NCBI GenBank assembly: GCA_964016885.1
Contig: OZ024756.1
Location: 42,470,001 to 42,534,000 of the forward strand
From: Eledone cirrhosa
Taxonomy: Eukaryota
Direction: 5' to 3'
DNA: 64,000 nt
Shown here: piece by piece, positions 1-40,760 of the stretch
Numbering within the stretch: the first letter of the stretch is position 1
How the letters are laid out: the number at the start of each line of letters is the position of its first letter
Program-made: the position numbers and the translations under genes
The notes under the pieces: model-generated
The model's input: the letters and a program-made list of their open reading frames with translations, nothing else
The model's database searches: none
Told to the model about the DNA's origin: nothing

Positions 1-134
1 ATTGATTGGGGGGGGGGGGGGGGGGGGGCGTCTAAAAATGTTATAAGCAGGAGAAGAGGAAGATTATAAGTTCCCTCATATATAAACTCCCCTCCACATA
101 GTATACTTATAGAGCCTAGGTCTAAATCATTTAA

Positions 135-363
135 TTAACCCTTTAGCATTAAAACCGGCCATATCTGGCCAGAATTCTCTCACCTCTTTCTATTTAAATC
201 AGCCATAACTGGCCACTCATACTGATGTTAAGGTATTGTTCTCAAAATAAATAATATCAAAATCTCATAGATTTGATATTATGTCAGATAATTATGTGAA
301 GTGAAGTGTTTACCGTGAAAATACAATAGTATATATAGAGTAATGTAAATGGTAAAGGGTTAA
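135..363. mobile_element. piggyBac-like MITE (TTAA-CCCTTTA...TAAAGGG-TTAA)
   Basis: TTAA flanks and short TIR; related copies at 5077-6748 and 12312-12539. Confidence 0.7.
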
Positions 364-387
364 TTAAATAAAAACATGCCAACTTGC

Positions 388-27849
<27,462 letters not shown>

Positions 27850-28071
27850 GTTATCACCTCAGATTCCGGTCGTCAAATGGCGTTTGCTTATACACCGTAG
27901 TAATAGTCGTTGTTGTTGATAATCTTTGTCAGAGTGACAACTAATCAGTAGATAATCATTTGCATGCCTAGGCCAGAAGTACTGCGGCCTGCTAACACAC
28001 ACACACTCTCTCTCACCCCTAAAACTATTTGTTTTGCCATTGTGTATATATATATATATATATATACATAT

Positions 28072-28190
28072 ATATGAAAGACGTAAAATAAGAACATTTT
28101 TAAAAAAATTAAAAATTAACTTACTATTTTAGTAAGTAAGTTAATTTTTTATTTTTTTTTTAAATTTTCTTATTTTACGTCTTTCATATT
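28072..28190. repeat. Inverted repeat (fold-back) upstream of the ABCC ATG
   Basis: ATATGAAAGACGTAAAATAAG...CTTATTTTACGTCTTTCATAT. Confidence 0.8.
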
Positions 28191-28303
28191 ATTGTTCTGC
28201 ATCCTCCTGCATTGAACCACCTAGGTACTATGACATAACTTATGTATTTGCTAACATTAGTGTACATCTGTACGCATATGTTGGTAGATATACTAATTCT
28301 CTG

Positions 28304-28361
<58 letters not shown>

Positions 28362-28390
28362 AAAGAATAGAGGTGTAACACACAAGTTAT

Positions 28391-28782
28391 TATATATTGG
28401 TAAACGGAATAGAAAATGCTGACAAATTGTTCACAGTTGAAAAATTGTTTAATTAGGAATAAAAGAGTATTAGTGATTGTATGGGTTAGTATTAAATTGT
28501 GGTTTTAAGTTTTTAAGTTTTTACCGGTTGCGCATTTCTAAATGCTTTTCAAAATTAATTTTGAGATAGAGTGTCCGTGCAAACAGCAAACAGCACGGAC
28601 ACTCTATCTCAAAATTATTTTTGAAAAGCATTTAGAAATGCGCAACCGGTAAAAACTTAAAAACTTAAAACCACAATTTAATACTAACCCATACAATCAC
28701 TAATACTCTTTTATTCCTAATTAAACCATTTTTCAACTGTGAACAATTTGTCAGCATTTTCTATTCCGTTTACCAATATATA
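28391..28782. repeat. Near-perfect 190-bp inverted repeat with a 12-nt loop
   Basis: Arms 28391-28580 and 28593-28782; contains a GAAATGCGCA HHR-like 3' half. Confidence 0.9.
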
Positions 28783-29544
28783 TATATATATATATATATA
28801 TTTATTAAAATTTTATATATTCTGGTACATATGCTTTTGGTTATGTGTTTACGTGAGTTTTGCGTCTGTGTGAGTATGTAGGGCGTGTGTATATGTGTAC
28901 TTCGTGTTTTGGTTGACGTACGTTTCCGAACATTTGTGTACTTATATGTAGGTATGTGTGTGAGTTCGTTATATACGTATTTAGTTATTTATTTATATAC
29001 GTTTATTTAATTATTTGTATGCACGCACACACACACACATATTTATATGTGCGTGTATTTGTATACCTATGGCGAGTGTTTTGTGTATGTACATATTTGG
29101 ATGCGTGTATGTATTATTTTAATTTCTATTACCTCTGTATTTTATTTACTTTATTCTTAACTCTGAAATGGAGTATCATTCGGTTTCCTAGTTAGAATTT
29201 TAGTCTACGACTTCAGCTATACCATTTACGTGGTTTTGTCTTTGCATGCAATTGTTCTCTACACTCCACATATGACGTATTATCTTCGTTTTTTCCGTTC
29301 ATTGCCAGAGAACGTCTCTATGAACCACCTAAGAGAATATCAATCTACGACTTCTTTTATACCATAAACGTAGTTCTGTCTTTGCGTGTAATTGTTTTTT
29401 ACTGCTCCTATTAATGACGTATTATAGTCGTTTTTTCCCGTTCTTTGCCAGCGAACGTTTCCACGAACCAAAGTATCGTCTTCCTGTCTTCCTCCGGTTG
29501 CTACGTTTTTTTTGAAATATTCACTTCTGCGTTTACAGATTGAC

Positions 29545-29708
29545 TTTGTTAGTTTCAGAAGATCCCGTTAAGGGTGAAAGCAGCGATTCTTTGCTTAAAC
29601 TTTAATCTGTTATTTTAATAAATATTTGCTCTACGGTTCTTATATATTTGATATATATTTATCCTTATCGAGCCCTCTTTGGATTTTAGTCTTCAAATTT
29701 ATTATTAT

Positions 29709-29712
<4 letters not shown>
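29545..29712 (+). mobile_element. Dispersed element with atypical HHR-like core (copies 15248-15309, 39360-39577 fold-back, 63924-64000)
   Basis: CAGAAGA-T-CCC-GTTAA-GGG-T-GAAAGCAGCG nearly identical across copies. Confidence 0.65.
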
Positions 29713-29759
<47 letters not shown>

Positions 29760-29786
29760 CTTCAAGCAAACTTCAATACTCTCTTA

Positions 29787-29821
<35 letters not shown>

Positions 29822-29944
29822 TTGTTTAATACATGTTTTTTCACTATCTAATCTCTATTAATATGCACGCCACCCACATACACACACACACATATATATA
29901 CATACATACACACACACATACATATACACACATACATACATAGC

Positions 29945-30700
29945 ATGACAGATGAGTAAGCAGCCGAGAAAGGATATTTGGGTGTCGATGGGAGTGTGAA
30001 CAACTAATTAACAAAACTACGATGTCAGAGGTGTGGTGACATAGGAGGAACATGGTTACAGTCTGGTTGGACTACAGGCTAAACTCCCTGATACAATAAC
30101 CCAAAACATAGAGAATCTATCTTCTTCCTGGGCCCCTATCCTGAAGTTAAATACATACAAGGAGGACTATATCGTCACTGATAAAATGGAATATCGCAGA
30201 GGTGTTTTCAATAAGGCAGTCTCTCTGAGATGCTATATTGTCAGTAAACCCCTTGTCCTTTATGCTGAGGAAATATAAAGGATATGTAATTGGTTCACAG
30301 GAGACTGGAAACATTAACCCAACACATAGCTTCTTTGTGGATGACCAGAAATTCTATGACTAGAACATAAATAATATGAAGAAAAACCTTGACCTGGTTA
30401 CAATGTTCTCGAAAGATATAGGAATGGAGTTTGACCAGGATAAATGTTCCTATATAATTGCAAAGCGAGGAAAAACTACAAGCCAATCTAACATCTCTAG
30501 CAATGGCCAGACTGCTTCACCATATCTGATGAGGACGGCTACAGATAGATAAAACATACATCCTACGATAGAATTTGTAACAAGGAACAATAACAGGGAC
30601 TATAACATCTGAATAAGAAAAATATGGTCTTTTGAACACTCTACATACAATAAATCAGTGGTCCACAATGTGTTTGTTGTGTTAACACCAACGTTTAGTT
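29945..30700 (+). mobile_element. Degenerate R4/Dong-type LINE RT fragment
   Basis: THSFFVDDQKFY and TMFSKDIGMEFDQDKC readable across frameshifts. Confidence 0.6.
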
Positions 30701-31012
30701 GTATATTGGTCACTAACACCACGTGACAAATAGCACTGGTTGTGTACTGGTCACTAACACCACGTGACAAACACCACTGCTTGTGTACTGGTCACTAACA
30801 CCACTGCTTGTGTACTGGTCACTAACACCACGCGACAAACACCACTGCTTGTGTACTGGTCACTAACACCACGTGACAAACACCACTGCTTGTGTACTGG
30901 TCACTAACACCACGCGACAAACACCACTGCTTGTGTACTGGTCACTAACACCACGCGACAAACACCACTGCTTGTGTACTGGTCACTAACACCACGCGAC
31001 AAACACCACTGG
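30700..31012. repeat. 41-bp minisatellite, ~7 copies
   Basis: TTGTGTACTGGTCACTAACACCACG(T/C)GACAAACACCACTGC. Confidence 0.9.
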
Positions 31013-31437
31013 TCAGAGACATCTTAAAATAAAAATACAGAACGACTGAAGGTGAGACCCCACCCCCAGTAATTTAAAATAACAACAACTTCATCAGTAT
31101 GTTATCCAATGCCCGTCATTTAGAAATATTTACCCTGTTGGTGGATCTACGCATGCGCGCAGTATTGTACACCATGCTGGTTAATACACCAAGTCCCCAA
31201 CTTACCAACGAATCACGTTCCAAGAGGCCGTTCGTTAGTTGATCGTCTAACACAGTACCTACCAGTAAGCCCATATATGTTACATTGAGACTGCAGGTTT
31301 CCATATAAGTGATATATATATGAAAAGATTCAGGACCCCGAAGGCTGAGCTCTGAATCTTTTCATATTACCAACTCTACTACCCCAAGTATCGAGTACTC
31401 GGGTTACGGTCTACCTGGTTTTACCACACCCTTTCTG

Positions 31438-31509
<72 letters not shown>

Positions 31510-31510
<1 letters not shown>

Positions 31511-31702
31511 TTAGGTTTAGGTTTGAAGGTTCACCACTGGATAGAGTTGGCAATTCCGTATGGTCAATCTTGATGTAATAATATGGAGAGTACTCAACTG
31601 ATGATATCACCTGATTCATACGGAATCCGGTCATTGATATGATCATAGTATAATAAACCTTTCAAGGATTTACACAAGTCCAACCTCCTGTTATTTTATT
31701 AT
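31510..31702. mobile_element. Inverted-tail HHR element, same family as 55942-56232, core mutated (GATA for GAAA)
   Basis: Shared ends and body with 55942-56232. Confidence 0.7.
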
Positions 31703-32536
31703 AATATATATATATATATATACATAACCACTGTAAATTCTCGCAGCAGAAACAACCTATTCTATAAATATGGATTAAATAACACTGAGCCTCAATACGC
31801 TAAAATAATTTAATGCATCAAACATTCAATACGGAATCATCGTTACTTATGCGATGGATGTAAAAACTATGACTTTCTTTTGCTTCTTCTTTTTATTTTT
31901 ATTTTTCTGCACACATACTTTTTTGATCTATACAAAAAATATCTTACCACTATAACCACCATAATACTCTTGCTTGCCCGCTTAAAGTGCTTGCATTACA
32001 TGTAACACCCTGCCACACAATAATCGTATAAAAATGAGACACACTTGCGCATGCTCCATGTGTAACTAACGCATACACTACCTACTAGATCTGACTATCA
32101 AACTATCCTCCTGCATCATCTGTGTTATCTGCCGAATGTATTTTAATTCTGATTTTGATGTTGAATTTGAATTGCTGTACAAAAATAGTATAGTATAATA
32201 TATGTCACTCCACTGTACATCAATATATATATATGTATCTGTATGTCTCTTGCGTTGGAAAGGAGGTCAATTATATGTACAAACATTGAAAAATGCTCCG
32301 AAGAATTCAAGCCTAGGTTTGGATGAAACAATTGTAAGTGAATAAATGCTTTGAACATAGCTTTGATTCCTGTGAATTCTATATAACTGCTCTGTAGAAC
32401 AACTGATGTTATTACATTGAGCTATTTATCTTACTGGTAATAAGGTAGTAAGAAATTACTGACCTTCAATGTTTAAGGTTTAAAATATACATAACTATAA
32501 AAAGTTTTAATGTATACATAACCATAAATAGTATCC

Positions 32537-32593
<57 letters not shown>

Positions 32594-32600
<7 letters not shown>

Positions 32601-32745
32601 AACAGAAATAACAACACAATCGGTACAGTATATGGAAGGAATATATTAGGTTAACGCTTGATATAGCAGGAAGAAGGTTTTAACGTTTCGAACGCTAGTC
32701 CTTCACCAGAAGAAAGAATGTGAAATAAGATAGATTGAGGAGACG
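32594..32745 (-). mobile_element. HHR-bearing element, degenerate (CTGGTGA core)
   Basis: Inverted homologue of 33960-34105. Confidence 0.6.
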
Positions 32746-32869
32746 GGCAGGATGGAATAGGAAAAAAATGTCTTTAGATAAAAATAACAGGTCCATTCAT
32801 GTTGACATCTCTTGCAAAACTGTTGGTGCTGGCGTTTTGTGTATGATTTATTTTTTTAGAAATTGGATG

Positions 32870-32900
<31 letters not shown>

Positions 32901-32950
32901 CACACATACAGGAGGGTATATAGTATATAGAGGTATATATAACACTATAT

Positions 32951-33182
32951 AGTGGCGTGGCTGAGTGGTTAGAGAATTGGATTCCCAATCGTGAGGCTGT
33001 TATTTCGATTCCGAGACCGGGCGATGCGTTATGTTCTTGAGCAAAACACTCCTTCTGCCTGGAGTTGCGACCGATAGATAGTATCAGTAATTGGAAAGAT
33101 CAATGGAAACATTGTTTTCTCGGTCCGATTGGACGAACTCCACCCCACTCGTTAAGCGAATGAGGGTTGAGATCTTGTCGAT
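32951..33182 (+). mobile_element. tRNA-headed SINE, third variant
   Basis: GTGGCTGAGTGGTTAGAG...TTCGATTCC; body related to 20035-20230. Confidence 0.65.
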
Positions 33183-33902
33183 AGAGGTATATATAACGTA
33201 ATAATTGTTTCTACTTTTGGCCAGCAATTATCCCAGTACATTACTGGTACATTATTTTATCGACTCCGTAAGGCTGATAGGCAAAGTTAACCTCGACGGG
33301 ATAATAATGAATTCAAATACTGTAAAGCTAACCGCAATAAAATGTTAAAGAGAAAAAGTATTTTTTCAATTCTGCGAAAATAGAATGGCATCCCATACAG
33401 TAGGTACAATTTCAGCCTGTTTTTATGGGCAAAAGAAGGAACCCACGTCCCGAAACAGTCGAATTTCAAACTTAGACAATTTTTTTTTTCTTCGTGATAC
33501 TGTATGTGCCCGCGGAGTTCGTAAGTCAGACGTTTGTAAGATTGGGGACTTGCTGTATATTTTTTTCTTGTAATAATAATAATAATCAGAACTCCCCCCG
33601 ATGATTGAGCTCTTCTGGCAGAAAGGACCCTCTTAATATATGGTCAGTTCTGTTCTTTTGCTCATGGAACTGCAGTAAGGGGTATTCTTGTTGAGCCCAC
33701 TAACTTTAGGTTACTTAACTAAGACTCTACTCCTAGGATAAGATACTTGTGAAGTTTTTTTTAATTTAGATTATTTTACTGGGATCTAGCCGTTGGTCAC
33801 TTGCATTTTTGTGTAAGATCTTCTTTATGTGTAAACTTTTCTGAATTAGGTTTCTTAGCAATCTTTTTTAGTATATGGCTGACAAATGTTACACTCACAC
33901 GT

Positions 33903-33943
<41 letters not shown>

Positions 33944-33994
33944 CGATTCCGCCTTGCCCATCACCTCAATCTTTCTAATTTCTTATTCTTTCAT

Positions 33995-34026
33995 CTGATG
34001 AAGGACTAGCGTCCGAAACGTTAAGA
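33995..34026 (+). ncRNA. Minimal hammerhead motif within element 33960-34105
   Basis: CTGATGA-A-GGAC-TAGC-GTCC-GAAACGTTA; stem I poorly paired. Confidence 0.6.
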
Positions 34027-34461
34027 CTCTCTTCCTGCTATTTCAAACTAATATATTCCTTCCAGATACTGTACCGTTTATGTTGTTATTTCTGTTTACC
34101 TTTTACATACATAAATACATACATAGATACATAGACAGATGATGATGGCTTCCCCCTCGTTATCGAGTATGGCCATTGCACCAGAAAAAAACAAAACAAA
34201 AAAAATCATAATAATAATAATTGTTTCTACTTTAGGTACAAGGCCAGCAAATACCCAGTACATTACTAGTACTTTATTTTATCGACCCCGTAAGGATGAA
34301 AGGCAAAGTTAACCTCGGCGGGATTTGAACTCAGAACGTAAAGGGACGTAACTATGCAGGAAAGCATGGCGTCCGACTCTCTACCGATACTGCCAATCCA
34401 CAATAATAATAATAATAATAATAACAATAAGGACAACAACAACAATAATAATAATATACAC

Positions 34462-34494
<33 letters not shown>

Positions 34495-34524
34495 TAAACA
34501 TATCTAGACACACACACACGATAG

Positions 34525-36012
34525 CAATTAACAGCGCTGCGATCGAATGTGGCCTTTTAGCCCAGCCAATGATCTAAAATGTCTTGCACAGAGTCGGCAA
34601 CCAAAACATTTACTGGGAATAGCCGGCTGTGGTTGGAGTTCATGTACTTTTGCATGTCGTTTGAGCCCTCCCGCTGATTTACATTCTCTACCACATGCTT
34701 GGCAAGCATGATGAGTAGCATCTCCAACAGCAGCCTGGTAGTCAACCACTGGTCTTACTTTATGACTGCAAAGATGACTTTCGAGTCCAGCTTTGCTGAG
34801 GCAGAGTCTCGCACAGACGCTGCATGTCAGCGCCATAGGAGGACCTTCGCCGTCTGGAAGTGCAACAGCAATGCCCTTCCTCACATCCCGCTTTACTTTC
34901 TCGTATGCGATTCGAGATGCCTCAAAGGCAACTTTCCCCTCATATACAGTCTTTCTCCATTTATTACGATCAGCAGCAACATTTTCCCATGTATCAGCAG
35001 AGATGTTAGCGTCTTTCAAAGAGGCTTTCAAGGAATCCTTATACCTCTTTTTTGGTTTATGTGGAGGTCGTTTTCTTTTAACTAACTCTCCATAAAAGAG
35101 TTGTTTTGGTATTCTAGAATCCTTCATCCTGGCAAGGTGACCACTCCAACGGAGTCGTTGCTTAAGAACAAGAGCTTCTATACCGTCACACAGAGAGCTT
35201 TCCAAAATCTCGACATCACTGATGTGGTCCCTCCAGTGAACGCCATGGATCCGTCTGAGACACATCTGGTGGAAACACTCCAATTGCTTAAGGTGGTCTC
35301 GCAGGCATTAAGAAGAGAAGAGAACACACAAGCCTTGTACACCGTTACCTTTGTCTTCTTGCATATGTCTCGCCGACCCCAGAGTCGCCTTTCTAGCTTT
35401 CCGAAAGCATCACTTGCTTTCCTAATCCTGAGTGGGATTTCATTATCAAGGTTGTTGTATCGATTGACATTGCTGCTCAAGTAGACAAACTGATCAACCA
35501 CTCCAAGTCGTTCGTTTACCATACACATAGATATTTGGTTCAGTGTACTACTTACCAAGGGCAGGTTGGTACATGACGACGGTTTTCTTGAGACTGACAG
35601 TCAATCCTAGGGCAGAGCAAGCATCAGAAAATGCATTCAAAATGTGCTGCATATCACTCTCTGTGTGCGCTACAAGATCGCAATCATCTGCATACAAGAG
35701 GTCTCTTATGATTGATGTAAATACTTTTGTTTTTACAGCAAAGAACTTGATGTTAAATATGCTGCCTGGGGTTCGATATTGGATGTAAACACCATGCTTG
35801 CAATTCCTGAATGCAATATAGAAAACCATTGCAAAGTATATGGCAAACAGGGTCAGTGCTGGAATATCCCCCTGTTGCACTCCTTTTTATAGTGAGATAG
35901 GCTCCGACATGTTACCTCCAACATTAACCCAAGCCTTCATGTCATGGAAAGACCTAACCAAAGCAAGGAACTTATCAAAGCAACCAAGTTTCTCGAGAAC
36001 CTTCCATAATGC
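34525..36012 (-). mobile_element. 5'-truncated, frameshifted RTE (BovB-like) LINE with three C-terminal C2H2 fingers
   Basis: GVQQG, LLYADD, RLRWSGHLARM, IPKQLFYGEL, CxxC...H motifs. Confidence 0.88.
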
Positions 36013-36033
36013 ATACATACATACATACATACA

Positions 36034-36069
<36 letters not shown>

Positions 36070-36139
36070 TACATAGATACATACATAGATACATACATAC
36101 ATAGATACATACATAGATACATACATACATATATATAAT

Positions 36140-36750
36140 ATGAAAGAGTACTGGTGGAATGTTCCAGTAAAAACCCCAATAAAATGCAGGCATAACAGAC
36201 CAGATATTATGATATGGGACAGGGAGAAGAAAGCATGCACAGTAGTGGAAATTAGCTGCCCAGCAGATGCCAATATAATATCAAAGATTAGCGAAAAGGA
36301 GAATATGTATGCAGAACTGATGAGGAATCTGCAGATACTCCACCCTGATTACACCTTCAGATTTAGGCCTGTGATTATTGGGGCACTGGGGTATGTTAGT
36401 AACTGCTTCAATACAAACCTTGAGAAGCTAGGCTTCGAACAGAAAGAACACAACTAGTTATGAAACTACAAGTACAATCCATTAATGGAACAGTAAAAAT
36501 ATGTAAAACATTCAAAATATGTTGCATCTAATAACTGCATATACACATGTACAGATACTAAGCATATACATGCACACATACAACTCAAAACATACACATC
36601 CACACATACAATAACATCCATATCTACACATGCAGACATATCTACCTAGTTGATGTTGTGTAAATTCCAATGAGAGAGTCTTGTGTCTATGTTAGAAACC
36701 GACTCTCTCTCTATTGGGAAAAAATTGTGAAATTATAAAACCAGAAGAAG
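36140..36750 (+). mobile_element. R4/Dong-type (restriction-like endonuclease) LINE 3' fragment
   Basis: HNRPDIMIWD...VVEISCP...EKENMY...IIGALG RLE motif; embedded in (CATA)n. Confidence 0.8.
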
Positions 36751-36841
36751 ATACATATATACACACACACATACATACATATATAGATACATACACATAG
36801 ATACATAGATCCATCCATCGATCCATACATACATACATACA

Positions 36842-37145
36842 TGATGATGGCTGCCCCCTCGTTATCGAGTATGGCCATTGCACGATATACCATTATTATT
36901 AATAATTAATTAATTCTATCGAGCAATGCCTGTGCGTGAAGATATTTTTTAAAGTGACGAAAGACTGTGCACTGAGCCAATCCCACTCTCTGAGCAACAG
37001 TAGCTATAACCCGAAAAGAAGAAAGATCAACATCATCGGTAACTACTGAGCCGCAGGTTTTATATCGGAGTTATCCCAGTTTCCTGAGTTGCCTTCTCCT
37101 AGAAGAATGCCCTGACAAAGGCTAGGGGTCCTTCACTCCCAGTGG
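36842..37145 (-). mobile_element. Dispersed repeat (copies 39627-39910 and 34139-34182)
   Basis: GATGGCTGCCCCCTCGTTATCGAGTATGGCCATTGCAC... near-identical between copies. Confidence 0.6.
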
Positions 37146-37435
37146 TTTAACCGCGCAATCGGGTGTCCAGCCCGACTATTTCTATGTCCCCGCGAATATA
37201 CATACACATGCCCCCATGCATATACACATATACACATACATGTACATGTGTATATACATATTTACACACTTTTGGATGGCCATTGACCCTTATGAGTTCT
37301 TCCGCCACATACATAGATACATACACACATAGATACATACATAGATAGATACATACATACATACACACATACATACACACATACATACATACATACATAC
37401 ATACATACATACATACATACATACATACATACATA

Positions 37436-37850
37436 CATGGTGGCTGCCAACTCATTTTCGAGTACGGCCACTACTTTATATCCATGTAGGAGAACCCCTA
37501 CCAATGCGCTGAACAAGTGTGACTTTTTAGTCCAGCCAGCGACTTGAAAACTCTGGTACAAAGACTACACTTGTGACAATTATTGACACATAGTGCAGGG
37601 CCCTTGGTACCATGTGATGACAAGTGCAGAGAGATCTCCAGATATAAAGCAATGCCTGTGCCGTGAAGCTTTTATAGTGAGCAAAGGCACTGCACAAAGC
37701 CAGTCCCACTCTCTTAACCAAGATGATATTTACCAAAAAGAAGAACAAGTCAACATCATTGGATACCATCAGAGTTGCAGGTGTTATATCAGAGTTTTCC
37801 TTCTCCTAGAATTCTGCCTTGACAAAGGCTAAGGGGTCATCTCTCCCGGA
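37436..37850 (-). mobile_element. ~415-bp dispersed repeat, near-identical second copy at 38574-38987
   Basis: The ORF track gives near-identical peptides at 37527-37769 and 38664-38906. Confidence 0.75.
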
Positions 37851-39252
37851 TAGATACATACATACATACATACACTTCTACAAATTGTGAACTATAGTGA
37901 CGGTGGTGTTTGTGGTGACGGTGTTGGTGCCCTCTGCTGTTAATAATGATGATGATGACGATGATGGTGTTGATGATTATGGTGTTTGTGGTGGTGGTGG
38001 TGATGATGATGATAGTGGTGGCGGTGGTATTGTCTAAGATGGTGTTGGTGGTGATGGTGGTAGTGGTGTTGTGGTGATGGCGGTGGTGTCGCTGTTGGTA
38101 TGTGTGTATTGTCTGTCCACTTAACCGCGCCGCTTGCAGTGGGCATCCACATCGTCACAGTTCGCAAGTTTCTACATATTTTCTGTATAAACCAAACCAC
38201 ACACATTTAAAAATGATGAAATATTTAGCTCGGATGCGCAATAAAGCGTTTCTTATTTTTTCTTTTAAACAAACAATTTCACCAGACAAAGAAATGCCTA
38301 CATCATGCTGATGTAGGAAGTTGTTATCTACTGCTGATAAGCTCTCTCTATCTTCTACCTTTCATCTGAAGTATGTCGGGCGACATCTGACAGGCTCCTT
38401 AAATGTATGTTCATTCTAAGTCTAATCTGATATATGTGGCTAGGTGTGTGACTGCTTGTGTGCATACACACACACACACACACACACACATACATATACA
38501 CACACACACACACACATATATATATACATACAAACATACATATATATACACACACACACACACACATATATATATGGTGGCTGCCAACTCGTTTTCGAGT
38601 ACGGCCACTACTTTATATCCATGTAGGAGAACCCCTACCGATGCGCTAAACAAGTGTGACTTTTTAGTCCAGCCAGCGACTTGAAAACTCTGGTACAAAC
38701 ACTACACTTGTGACAATTATTGACACATAGTGCTGGGCCCATGGTACCATGTGACGACAAGTCCAGTGAGATCTCCAGATATAAAGCAATGCCTGTGCCA
38801 TGAAGCTTTTATAGTGAGCAATGGCACTGCACAAAGCCAGTCCCACTCTCTTAACCAAGATGATATTTACCAAAAAGAAGAACAAGTCAACATCATTGGA
38901 TACCATCAGGGTTGCAGGTGTTATATCAGAGTTTTCCTTCTCCTAGAATTCTGCCTTGACAAAGGCTAAGGGGTCATCTCTCCCGGTGATTTTGGATGGC
39001 CATTGACTCTTAAGAGGTCCTTTGCCCTTTGACAGGTTTTGTTTTTAGTCCTGCAGGATGTCCAAAGTCACCCTCCTCACCAAGAAACCTTGGTGGGGTT
39101 GCCAGTTTAGTCGCCAACGACCCGACCATGAGACAGGTTGTACTGGGATACATGTTACCAGTAGTACCAACTGGTGACCTGACATTATACACACATACAT
39201 ACATACATACATACATACACACACACATACATACACATTCACACACATATAC

Positions 39253-39283
<31 letters not shown>

Positions 39284-39577
39284 TACATACATATATATAC
39301 ACACACATACACACATACATACATATATATACACACACATACATATATATATATATATAGTAATAATAATAAATTTGAAAACTAAAATCCAAAGAGGGCT
39401 CGATAAGGATAAATATATATCAAATATATAAGAACCTTAGAGCAAATATTTATTAAAATAACAGATTAAAGTTTAAGCAAAGAATCGCTGCTTTCACCCT
39501 TAAAGGGATCTTCTGAAGATCCCGTTAAGGGTGAAAGCAGCGATTCTTTGCTTAAACTTTAATCTGTTATTTTAATT

Positions 39578-39633
<56 letters not shown>

Positions 39634-39995
39634 TGCCCCCTCGTTATCGAGTATGCCCATTGCACGATATAACATTATTAATAATTAATAATTAATTCTA
39701 TCGAGCAATGCCTGTGCGTGAAGATTTTTTTAAAGTGACGAAAGACTGTGCACTGAGCCAATCCCACTCTCTGAGAGACAGTAGCTATAACCGGAAAAGA
39801 AGAAAAGATGAACATCATCAGCAACTACTGAGCCGCAGGTTTTATACGGGAGTTATCCCAGTTTTCTAGAAGAATGCCCTGACAAATGCTAGGGGTCCTT
39901 CAATCCCAGTATATACATACATAGAAAAATAAACGTCATTTGGTCATTCCATGAGAGTATCCTGGTCAGTCTATGAACGTGTTAGCCAACCCTCG

Positions 39996-40760
<765 letters not shown>

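Noticed and set aside
8-28. Poly-G run as a G-quadruplex element
   Set aside because: Simple homopolymer at the window edge, length unreliable, no further evidence.
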